Shown: piece after piece, positions 8,452 to 17,500 of the stretch
How positions within the stretch are numbered: the first letter of the stretch is position 1
Layout of the letters: every line of letters begins with the position of its first letter
From: Poseidonia sp.
GTDB lineage: Archaea; Thermoplasmatota; Poseidoniia; Poseidoniales; Poseidoniaceae
Length of the DNA stretch: 36,262 nucleotides
NCBI GenBank assembly: GCA_038136695.1
Contig: JAYQAK010000005.1
Location: 1-36,262 of the forward strand
Direction of reading: 5' to 3'
Translations under genes and position numbers: made by a program
The notes under the pieces: generated by a model
What the model was told of the DNA's origin: nothing
What the model saw: only the letters and a program-made list of their open reading frames with translations
The model's database searches: none

Positions 8452-9438
8452 TCAAACTTCGGTTGCGGCGGTTGATAGGTTCTCGCACGCCACCTTCAGC
8501 AACTCTTCGGTGGTGTGGTCCATGAATTCGGCCGTTCTTCGCTGGACGTCTGCTTCACCAGCACGCCCGATCAAACGCTCCAGGAGTTTGCTCCGCTCGA
8601 TGATGGACAAGTGGTTGTTGGCGATAAGGGACCATCGCAACTCGTCTTCTTCCTTCCCTTGTTTGAGCACCCACCTCGCCACGGGTTCCAAACATCGCGC
8701 CTGAAGCAGGGCTTGAATGAAGGCATCGTTGCTCGAAGAGATGTTCCTGCGCAGGTGATCGGTCACGTCCTTGATGTGGTGTTCTGTCAAGTTGGTCACG
8801 GCATCAGCGAGTTCCTGTGGGGCGTGGTTTGCAAACCAAATCAAGAGCGGGACGGTGTGGAGGTGACCGGCTAAATGGGGCTTGATGTCCTCGATGTTGA
8901 GGTCCAAATTGCGTACCAAGGCTGCCTCAAGGGCAGCGTTTCGCACGGTTTCAACGTCATCGTTCATGAGACTGAGCACCTGCTCAGGGGAGATGTTCGT
9001 TGCTTGAACCGCAAGTTTGCGAACGGAGGGTGATGGGTGAGCGACAAGGACGTTGTTGACCTCGTCGTCGTCGAGCAACGACAGTGCCCGAGCAGCCTGT
9101 TTTTGGACCACAGAATCCGTGTCATCGAGGGCGCGGATGCCCAACGATTTCCCCTCTTGACCCAATCCTTCCAGGAGGTTGGCGCCCGCTCGCCTCACGT
9201 CAAGGCTTGCGTGGGAGAGCAAGGTGCCCACCGAAGAAGGTCCTGCGGAGGAGCTCCACATCCGGTAGGCATCCAAAGCCTTGGAGACGAACCAAGGGTC
9301 CTCGTCATCCAGGAGAAGTTCAAACGCTTCCAGAACACTTTCGTCGCCGTGTTCAAACAGTGTTCTCACCGCTCGCCGGCGGGTTCGCACGTCGCGATGT
9401 TTCAAGGACGCCATCGCCCGTCGAACATCGTTGGCCAT
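8452..9438 (-). CDS. HEAT-repeat (PBS-lyase-like) protein
   Basis: Repeated LxDxDxxVRxxAxxAL-type units (LDDEDPWFVSKALDA, LDVRRAGANLL, LDDTDSVVQKQAARAL, MNDDVETVRNAALEA). Start at ATG 9438. Confidence 0.85.
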   Translation of the reverse strand: MANDVRRAMASLKHRDVRTRRRAVRTLFEHGDESVLEAFELLLDDEDPWFVSKALDAYRMWSSSAGPSSVGTLLSHASLDVRRAGANLLEGLGQEGKSLGIRALDDTDSVVQKQAARALSLLDDDEVNNVLVAHPSPSVRKLAVQATNISPEQVLSLMNDDVETVRNAALEAALVRNLDLNIEDIKPHLAGHLHTVPLLIWFANHAPQELADAVTNLTEHHIKDVTDHLRRNISSSNDAFIQALLQARCLEPVARWVLKQGKEEDELRWSLIANNHLSIIERSKLLERLIGRAGEADVQRRTAEFMDHTTEELLKVACENLSTAATEV

Positions 9439-9482
9439 GGCCTTGCCAAACCGCCGACCCTCATAGCCCTGTTGCGTTTCAC

Positions 9483-10115
9483 CTAACGCATTTCCAACCA
9501 CGCAAAAAACAGGATAATGGGCAGCAGATAGAACAGCCGTCGATGCATTCGATGGGTGGCTTCCATGTGCTGGATGATGGAGGCTGGCATCACTTCCACA
9601 GAAGAAGAGGTGCGCCTGCGGCGGTTGAGGTCGACATGCTGTTCAATGTAGCCAAGGACTTGCTGGCGAAGCAAGGGTTCTCTGCTTCGTGCTTCGCCAC
9701 GTCCCACGATGTAGCGGATCGGAAAGCGGTCGCTGAACGGCAAAGTTGCGGCAACGATTCCCAAAGGCTGGGTCGAGTTGTGCAAGTCGATGCGGACCGT
9801 CCGACCATCGCTGCGTACATGGCTCAATGTGCGCCACTTTCCTTGTCCCTCATTGTATGGATTCAGGATTTGTCTCACCTTCTCCAACGGATCTTCGGCT
9901 ACAAGGACGGGAGCTCGACGCAAGCCAAGAAACGGTCCAAGCACAACGGCACAAGCCAGAGGCGTGATGCACATCAATTGCACCAATCTCAGCAGAGCAT
10001 CGGGCTCGGTCAGTGCCGAGACGACGGCGAGTGAAAATCCAAGGAAGAGGCCGATGAACGCCCCGGCTTGCACACCGGTTCGAAGGCCAATCCTCGGGTG
10101 CACCTCCTCGGGCAT
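9483..10115 (-). CDS. Membrane protein (3 predicted TM helices) with an Smr-like domain
   Basis: Two N-terminal hydrophobic helices, then RIDLHN...IRYIVGRG..S...LRQQV, then a C-terminal hydrophobic helix. Start at ATG 10115. Confidence 0.65.
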   Translation of the reverse strand: MPEEVHPRIGLRTGVQAGAFIGLFLGFSLAVVSALTEPDALLRLVQLMCITPLACAVVLGPFLGLRRAPVLVAEDPLEKVRQILNPYNEGQGKWRTLSHVRSDGRTVRIDLHNSTQPLGIVAATLPFSDRFPIRYIVGRGEARSREPLLRQQVLGYIEQHVDLNRRRRTSSSVEVMPASIIQHMEATHRMHRRLFYLLPIILFFAWLEMR

Positions 10116-10195
10116 GGCTCGACCTGCCGGCCCTCGGCATTGAAGGCTTGGTCTGATGAGGAAAGAATGAAGGGCGCTCTGCCCCTCCAACCTCT

Positions 10196-10975
10196 ATGGA
10201 GCCCAACGGCCTGCTTGACAGGAAACGAGAATCGAAAATCGGACGATGGGTGATGGGAATTTGCGGCTTCTTCTTATTCTCGTTTTTTTTGGCTCCAATG
10301 ACCATCGAAGCAGGAACTGTGCCCGCCCTTTCCGCCAGGGCCAATGCGTTTGACTACGCAAGCCAAAACGGGTGGGGGTCCAACGGGAACGTGCCGGTTG
10401 CCGAACACGAGCACGACGGAGAATTGCACGTTCACAGTGCGTTTGACTGGACAGAAATCAACCCGTATGCGGGCTTCATCTATGGATTCGGTGATCTTAA
10501 TTGCCATCAAAAACACGAACGCTCATGGGAAGTAAATAACAACCAACTTCCAGTCTGTACCCGTGATATCGGCATTTTCTTTGGGATGTTTGTCGGTGGA
10601 GCGATGTTCACTCGACGTGGATGGAACCGATGGACGGTACGGGACACATGCCTTTCCATGATCCCCGATAACTGGCTCGGTGGCGTTTACCAGCGAAATC
10701 AGCGAACTTTGCTTTGGTTGTCATGCGGGTTGCTGCTCTGTTTGCCGCTGATTGCCGATGGCTTCCTCCAACTCCTCACCTCGTACGAATCAACCAACCT
10801 CAAGCGTGTCCTCACCGGCATTCCGTTTGGCTTGGGTCTCGGGATTTTGGTGTGTTCCATGTTCTCTGCTCGTGCAGAAGCCTTCGTGGGTGCAGGAAGC
10901 GTTTTGTTGCCCGGAAACGCCTCGTTTGTGCTGGCCAAAACCCAAGCCGTCGAAGAGCTTCACGAATCGGAATGA
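10196..10975 (+). CDS. DUF2085-family membrane protein
   Basis: CHQxxERS, PVCTRDIGI, PLIADGFLQ and YESTNLKRVLTG motifs with several TM helices. Confidence 0.85.
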   Translation: MEPNGLLDRKRESKIGRWVMGICGFFLFSFFLAPMTIEAGTVPALSARANAFDYASQNGWGSNGNVPVAEHEHDGELHVHSAFDWTEINPYAGFIYGFGDLNCHQKHERSWEVNNNQLPVCTRDIGIFFGMFVGGAMFTRRGWNRWTVRDTCLSMIPDNWLGGVYQRNQRTLLWLSCGLLLCLPLIADGFLQLLTSYESTNLKRVLTGIPFGLGLGILVCSMFSARAEAFVGAGSVLLPGNASFVLAKTQAVEELHESE

Positions 10976-12327
10976 TTCGGAGGCCGCATCGACCACCAGA
11001 CCTCAAGTTCGGCAGCGGTGGTCGGCAGGGGGCATCCATCGTGGCCGCTGGTCAGGATGGCCAGACGGTGGTGAATGTCGTCGACGGCTTTCTTCAACGA
11101 TACGGCGAGTTCTTTGCCTTCTTCAACTGCAAAAATATCGCTGAGAGCACGCTGCCAAGGCTCGGAAGGATGGGCGCGTCTCCACGATGCCAAGTGGGTG
11201 CGAAGGGGCCACATGGCCAACGTCAATCGCGAAAAACCAAGCCGTTCGTCGCGCAGTTTGAACAATTGGGCATCGGTGAATGGAGTGTGGTGTTGCTGCT
11301 TGTGCACCCAGTTTTCCGCCAGTAGCCATTTGATGAGTCGCTGCGTATGGCGCTGTGTAACCATGCGCACGGGGCCCAACGAAGCGTGGAGGCGCGGCAC
11401 TTCGCTTGAGCCGACCATCAACGAAAGGGTGCCGAGGATGGACCAACACGAATGAGCCAGCGGTGAGGCCGGAACATCGTTTTCTTGGGCCGAATCGGAG
11501 GGCCAGTTGTCTTCGGCGTCTTGCATCCAATCTGCCGGCGATTTTCCTCCGAGCCATCCGATATGGATGGCGGATTGTTCCTGAGGTGCGCCTGGCAAAC
11601 GTCGCTGTTTCTTCACATCGTGAACCAACGCGCTGAGCAGGTTTCGGTCCACTTCGTCCCGGTCAACGTTGAGCGGAAGTGGTTTTTTGTTGAAAAATCG
11701 ACGAAGTTCGGACCGGAGTTTTGTTTTCAATTCATCCAATCCACCTTCGTTCATGATTGGACCAACCACAAAGCAGTTGTTGAACGGGGCTGGAACCGGG
11801 TCTTCGCTTCCGAACATTTCATGGAAACCTTGCCGAATCGATGTTTGAATTTCTTCGGTTTCGAAGTATTCTTGCTTCTGACTGGTCATGCGAAGGGTGC
11901 CTGATTTGATGCGTTTCATGGCCTTTTCAGGGTCGCAGTCAATCCAAAAGACAAGGTCGGGAACCATGGCTGCAGCGTTCATTCTGGCCACTTTTTCAAG
12001 TCCCAAATCTCCAACGACGCCCTGGTAGATCAGGGAGGAGTGAATGTTTCGATCGGAAACGACAATCGCCCCCGTTGAGTGGTGCGGGCGGATGAAGGTG
12101 TGGGAATGATCAAGGCGGTCGGCAGCGAACAGGCCAGCTTCCTCCAACGGTGTTTTGTTGCCGAGTTTAACCGATGAGAGGGCCAGCTTTCCAAGTTCGC
12201 TGTGGCGGCGGGGTTCGTGCGTCATCACAACATCTGGGAACGGAAAATCCCGTAGAAGTTCACCAAGGATGCGAGCCGCCTCTCCTTTTCCTGAACCGTC
12301 GCCACCTTCAACGGAGATCAGGTACAT
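10960..12327 (-). CDS. tmk: Thymidylate kinase with a ~240-aa C-terminal extension
   Basis: ISVEGGDGSGK, HEP, LFAADR, SDRxxxSSLIYQG and PDLVFWID motifs in the first ~210 aa. ATG at 12327 is preceded by GAGGA. Confidence 0.88.
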   Translation of the reverse strand: MYLISVEGGDGSGKGEAARILGELLRDFPFPDVVMTHEPRRHSELGKLALSSVKLGNKTPLEEAGLFAADRLDHSHTFIRPHHSTGAIVVSDRNIHSSLIYQGVVGDLGLEKVARMNAAAMVPDLVFWIDCDPEKAMKRIKSGTLRMTSQKQEYFETEEIQTSIRQGFHEMFGSEDPVPAPFNNCFVVGPIMNEGGLDELKTKLRSELRRFFNKKPLPLNVDRDEVDRNLLSALVHDVKKQRRLPGAPQEQSAIHIGWLGGKSPADWMQDAEDNWPSDSAQENDVPASPLAHSCWSILGTLSLMVGSSEVPRLHASLGPVRMVTQRHTQRLIKWLLAENWVHKQQHHTPFTDAQLFKLRDERLGFSRLTLAMWPLRTHLASWRRAHPSEPWQRALSDIFAVEEGKELAVSLKKAVDDIHHRLAILTSGHDGCPLPTTAAELEVWWSMRPPNHSDS

Positions 12328-12329
12328 GG

Positions 12330-13187
12330 TCAATCCTCTCGACGGTCTTCAAAATCGTCCCTTGCAAAGACATTGACGACCATTCCAAACAAGATCAAGG
12401 CCGGTCCGATGATGATGAGGCCACGGCTGAAGAGGGCGACACCTGCAAAGTATTGGCTGCGTCGATAGTGCTTGCCACGTCGGATTTCAACTCCCGCTTG
12501 GATGCCTGCCAGTGCGGTCAAGATGGTCAGCAGCCCGATGGCACTTGAGAGCCCGACGGCGTTGTCCAAGGTCCAACCGGAGGTCGTTTGTTCGTCGTTT
12601 TCCTGCCGCACCCCCTCGCCGGGCTTCATGGTCACCGGATCCAAACCGACGTTGTCGGGCATGAAGGTTCGCTCCACGGTCTCGTACCCTTCTTTTGAGA
12701 ACACGATGATGTGGACTTCTTGCTGAACGTTTTCCATGGCATAATACCCGAATCCGTCGGTGATCGTGCTTTGAAGGAGAACACGGGACGTGGCATCGAG
12801 CAACTCCACCGAAACATTGGCCACGCCGCTTCCATCGATGTCCTCAAGGGCCGTTCCCGAAATGTCAACGGATTCTTGTTCGGCAAACAACGAGGTGTTG
12901 AGGAGTTCACTCGGGTTTCCTTGGAGAATGAGGGCGCCGCTGACAATCCCGAGGATGCTGCCGATAAAAATCAGGGTCGCAGCGAGGTTTCGCCATCGGT
13001 CTGCATCCCTGTCCAGCATCTCAAACCATTCATCGTGTTCTGTGGCTTCAGCGGCGACCTCGGTCAATTCCACCTCGGTGGAGGACACCACGAGTTCCTC
13101 GGGTTCGTGAGGGAGTGCGCCCGCCGCTTTCTTCGCTTGGACCCGCTCCCTGAGGGCCTTCATGCGTTGCTCACGGTCAGCGTTCAC
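12330..13187 (-). CDS. Membrane protein with a carboxypeptidase-regulatory-like (transthyretin-like) domain
   Basis: One TM helix, then ISG...GVANVSVEL...TDGFGYYAMENV....IVFSKEGYET, then C-terminal TM helices. GTG start. Confidence 0.75.
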   Translation of the reverse strand: MNADREQRMKALRERVQAKKAAGALPHEPEELVVSSTEVELTEVAAEATEHDEWFEMLDRDADRWRNLAATLIFIGSILGIVSGALILQGNPSELLNTSLFAEQESVDISGTALEDIDGSGVANVSVELLDATSRVLLQSTITDGFGYYAMENVQQEVHIIVFSKEGYETVERTFMPDNVGLDPVTMKPGEGVRQENDEQTTSGWTLDNAVGLSSAIGLLTILTALAGIQAGVEIRRGKHYRRSQYFAGVALFSRGLIIIGPALILFGMVVNVFARDDFEDRRED

Positions 13188-13256
13188 GGTCTCCCCTCCA
13201 TACCGACGATGCCGTGCGCGGATAATACCTCTTTGGCGAACAACCGCGCATGTGCA

Positions 13257-14438
13257 TCATGACCTCACCTCGCGTTCTGCGAGTGCAAGAAGCACACCAA
13301 CCACGCCAAGTCCCACCATGGCCAAGATGGCCTTGGACATTCGTTGCTCTTCTTCAACCGAAGGTACGTTGTTGCTTGGTAGGTTCGTGTCCTCTTCGAA
13401 CTCCGACGAAACATCAACAAATGCATCGGTCCGAAGTCCCAATTCCACCAAGCGACCCACATGGCTCAGCGATTCAGCACTGACCTTGTCAGGGGTGTCT
13501 TGCATGGTGTGCCAGTAAGAGCCAAAGGTTCTGAACTTCGGCTCTCCGTAGACGGGGTCCATCACATCGATGCTGGGAATGTTGAGGTTGTGGGCGTGCA
13601 CGTGGTCGTCGATGACAGCCACTTCGACATTGTACTGGATGATGTCCAGCCCGTTGTTTCCGTGACAGTCGGGTTCATCAGCGACCAAGCCAAGGGCGGC
13701 GCCCAAAACCACGATGCGCTCCTTCAGGGTGTTGTTGCCGGGATTGATGTTTTGCAGCTGCAAATCGGCGTCGCCCACCATATCCAACAACACGAAAGCG
13801 TGGGTGGCGTCGATCTCATCCTGCGTGAGGTTTTCAGCCCAAGCTTCAGCACCAACCGTGTAGTTGTCGTTTTGGTCCTCTGCATCGTTCCAGAAGAGCA
13901 CCACGTCGTAGGGCAAGTTCATCCCGGGGATGTGATTTGCGAGTTCGATGAGAACGGCGACGCCACTTGCCCCGTCGTTGGCCCCTGGGACCGGTAAGGA
14001 TTGGTTGGTTTCGTTGACGTCGTGGTCGGCAATGTTGCGGGAATCGTAATGGGCGGAAAGCACGACTTGCCCTGCGTCGGGATCTGAACCAGCCCACCGT
14101 GCTTCGAGGTTGGTGAGGTTCATGCCGTGCCGATGGTGAACGGTTTGCGTGACCGCCCACCCCTCGTTGCTCAGCGTGGCGTTGAGGTGATGACGGAATT
14201 CAGCAGAAGCGTTTGAGCCTGGTAGGCGAGGCCCGAGTCCAACTTGCCACTGCACGGAGTGGTTTGCGTTGGTGCCGTTGAACGCGAGGTCCTCGCTCGC
14301 AGCACAGATGGAAACCGAGGTACTGGGCCAAGAATCTTCGTTGGAACTGCCGTTGACAAACGGCATTGCAAGGCTCAACATCACCAGCAAACCGAGCACG
14401 AATGGAACGCCATGCGTGCGAGGTATCGCTTGATGCAT
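13257..14438 (-). CDS. M28 family peptidase (glutaminyl cyclase-like), secreted and C-terminally membrane-anchored
   Basis: SAHYDSR, GANDGASGVA, DAED, LLDMVG, DDH and YWHTxxDT motifs, plus a signal peptide and a C-terminal TM helix. Start at ATG 14438. Confidence 0.9.
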   Translation of the reverse strand: MHQAIPRTHGVPFVLGLLVMLSLAMPFVNGSSNEDSWPSTSVSICAASEDLAFNGTNANHSVQWQVGLGPRLPGSNASAEFRHHLNATLSNEGWAVTQTVHHRHGMNLTNLEARWAGSDPDAGQVVLSAHYDSRNIADHDVNETNQSLPVPGANDGASGVAVLIELANHIPGMNLPYDVVLFWNDAEDQNDNYTVGAEAWAENLTQDEIDATHAFVLLDMVGDADLQLQNINPGNNTLKERIVVLGAALGLVADEPDCHGNNGLDIIQYNVEVAVIDDHVHAHNLNIPSIDVMDPVYGEPKFRTFGSYWHTMQDTPDKVSAESLSHVGRLVELGLRTDAFVDVSSEFEEDTNLPSNNVPSVEEEQRMSKAILAMVGLGVVGVLLALAEREVRS

Positions 14439-14460
14439 GGTGATGCCTTCACCACGGACT

Positions 14461-14468
14461 CTTAAATA
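14461..14468 (-). promoter_or_regulatory. Putative TATA box (TATTTAAG) for the M28 gene in the divergent M28/PKD intergenic region
   Basis: AT-rich octamer 23-30 nt upstream of the ATG at 14438, the spacing expected for a leaderless archaeal transcript. Confidence 0.45.
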
Positions 14469-14519
14469 CCTCCTTTTGCTTCGGTAAAATAGGAATCCGT
14501 GCTGCGATTCCCTACGGTG

Positions 14520-17500
14520 ATGCAATTGTCGGAACGGCGTTCTAGTCCAGCGATTTTCTTCATGCTTCTCATGGTGTTTGCCAGCGGTGGGCCTTTGCTC
14601 CTGCATGCAGGTGCAGAAGGCAACGCATCAACCACCGAAGCCACACCCTATCAAGCCGGTGGTATTGTCATTGGCGATCTTGATGAATTCGACCCCAGCA
14701 CAGGAAGTGAGTATTTGTTTATTCACGAGGAAGAGCCGGTTGTTTCGGCCACATCCTTCATGCGCCAGGCATGGATTGATGCCGGCCGCCCGGGTGTTGA
14801 TTCGATGGTGGTTGAGCCGTCGATGGGCCGCTCGGCCGGGCGCGCATGCACCCCACACTCCGTCGGCGACACCCTCACCGTCAACACGGCGGGGGGTCAA
14901 ATTTCAGCCTATGTTGCCAAGACGACCACCAGCGTGGCTTTCATCGTTCAAAGCGGGCGTACCCTGACCTCAACCGTTCTCAACAACTTGGCCAGCACGT
15001 GGGATTCCACCATCTACCCGACCATGACCACCTACTACGGGAAGGACTACCAAGACGGTCGTGGGCTTGCTCCTCCCGACGTTGACAACAACTGTCAGGT
15101 GCAGATCATCATCTACGACATCGATGGCGCTTACAACACCGGCGGCTACTTTGCACCCTCCTTCGCCAGTTCCAGGGAAGCCGTGTTCGTCGATTTCGCC
15201 GACATCACCTTGAGTTGGGGCAAATCCATTCTCGCCCACGAACTCGAACACCTGCTGCACAATGCGCTGGACCCTTACGAAAATCTGTGGATTGACGAAG
15301 GCAACGCCGACGTCGCCATCTACCTCTGTTTCGGCGCAGACTCAACCCTGCGGGGACACGTCAATGCATGGACCGGCTCACCCGAGCAATCCGTGCGATG
15401 GTGGAATCAGCGCATTGCCGATTATGGAGCAGGCTACCTGTTCACGATGTACCTCGCTGAGCACCTTGGCGGTGGGCCTGCCGTTCGACAACTCGTTCAG
15501 GACTCAGCGACCGGTGGACGGGGCGTTGAGAACCTGCTTCTTTCGCCCCAAGCCGGCCAAGTGGGCCTCCTCGGTCGCACGATGAACGAGGCCTTTGCCA
15601 ACTTCAGCGTAGCCGTGACGTTGGATTCCGATCAGGGCATTTACGGCTATCCAAACTTGGACCTCAACCCCGTGTGCACCGGCGGTGCGTTCTGTCGCGC
15701 CCAACCCACCGAAACCAACAGCGACTGGTCTGGACCTTGGTCGTCCACGGGGAACACGCTGGAAGGTTGGGGCATTCGTTCGTTCAAATTCACCCCGGGC
15801 GCAGCCTCTCCCGCACCCCTGACGCTTCGTATGACGGCTGATAAGAGCCAATTCGACGGCGTTATTGTGACCAAGGCCACCACGGACGGCCTTTGGAGCG
15901 TCACCGACCTCAATTTCGTCAACAACGTGGCTACCGGCCTTGTGCCCGGATTTGGCAACCTCACCGACGAAGTCTGGGTCATCACGTGGTACGCCAGCAC
16001 CGTGGCGGATTGCGACTACACCTCTTGCGGCCCTTCCTACCCGACCGGCGTGATCGATGTCGAGGCTGCTCGAATCACTTCGCCAGCCACGCTCTCGCTC
16101 AACAACACCGTCCTCTCCGACCGAGATGGAGACGGTTCAGACGACACGGTGAACATCAATTACGGTGTTCTCTCCAACGCCTTTTTCGAGGACTTGGACG
16201 TTGAAATCAGCGTCAAGGACAGCTCGGGTCAACTCGTTGACACCATCACCGACCGCATCGCAGCCGGCGGTGGCATCGATGTTCCCGGTGAGGTCCACTT
16301 CACGGCACCGTTGTCCGATCAGTATTCCTTTGACCTCGTCATGAAAGACATGCTGGGTGATGTTGTGGATACCTTGCAAACCTCGCCACAATTGCTCAAC
16401 AACATGAAGCCCGTCGCCAACGGTACGGTCTCCATGAACGACGTTCAAACCTGGGAAAACATCCAATTCTTGGGTGGAGGGTTTGATGCATGGGGTCTTT
16501 CTCTCGACAACAACACGTTGCCCTACCTTGATTTGCCAACCGCCTATGCCTGGGTGTTTGGGGACAACGGCTCTTCGAATCTGAAATCTCCGCTTCGAGC
16601 CTACACCGCTGTGGGTTCCTACAACGCCACCTTACGGGTCCAAGATCGTGGAGGTTCATGGTCGGAAACTCAACTGCATGCCATCAACGTCTCCGACGAT
16701 TCCGCACCGATTCCAATCATATCGGTCAACAACGTGGTCATCGACCAAGACATTTCCTTGTTGACCGGCCAACGCATCTTGTTTTCAGCAGGTCGCACGG
16801 CTGACAACGTGCCCCTTGAATATCTTGACTTCCAATGGGATTGGGGCGATGGAACCACCTCGGGCGGCACGGGCGTCTACTCCCAGCAGCATGAGTGGAA
16901 CGACATCGACGGCGAAAACGCCACCTTCAACCTGACATTGACCGTTTCTGACGGCATCAATATCGGCACCAAAACCCTCCTCGTTCACATCAACAACCGA
17001 TTGCCTGTTCAAATCTTCACGGAAACGCTGACCACGATGACCTACACTTCGCTGGTCATGCCGGACGTCTTCAAAGACGACGACGGGGTTCTGGTGGGCT
17101 ACACCTGGACGTTCACCGACGGCGTTCGAGTTGGCGCAGGAACTCCTGTTCGCTCCGATGATTATTCCATTATCTCAAGCAGCGAGAGCAATCCGATCGT
17201 TGCGTGGGACACCCCCGGCAACAAAACCGTGACCTTGACGGTGGTTGATGACGACGGAAGCGAAGCAACCGCCGTGTTGAACGTGGTCGTCTTGAACCAA
17301 CTCCCGGTGGCGACCTTTGATGTACGCACGCTCTCTGCCATGGGGTCAAAAGAAATTGATTTCCGAGAAGAGGACGGAGCGGTTGACACCGCCTATGTCT
17401 TCGATGGTTTGGACAGCAGGGACCCTGACGGGGTGGTGGGCGACTCAAGCGACATTGAGGTCTGGAATTGGACGTTTTCGGATGGAACCTTTGGCGACCG

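Noticed and set aside
9084-10034. 316-aa plus-strand ORF across the HEAT and Smr-like genes
   Set aside because: Arg/Pro/His-rich composition typical of non-coding frames; it overlaps two better-supported minus-strand genes.
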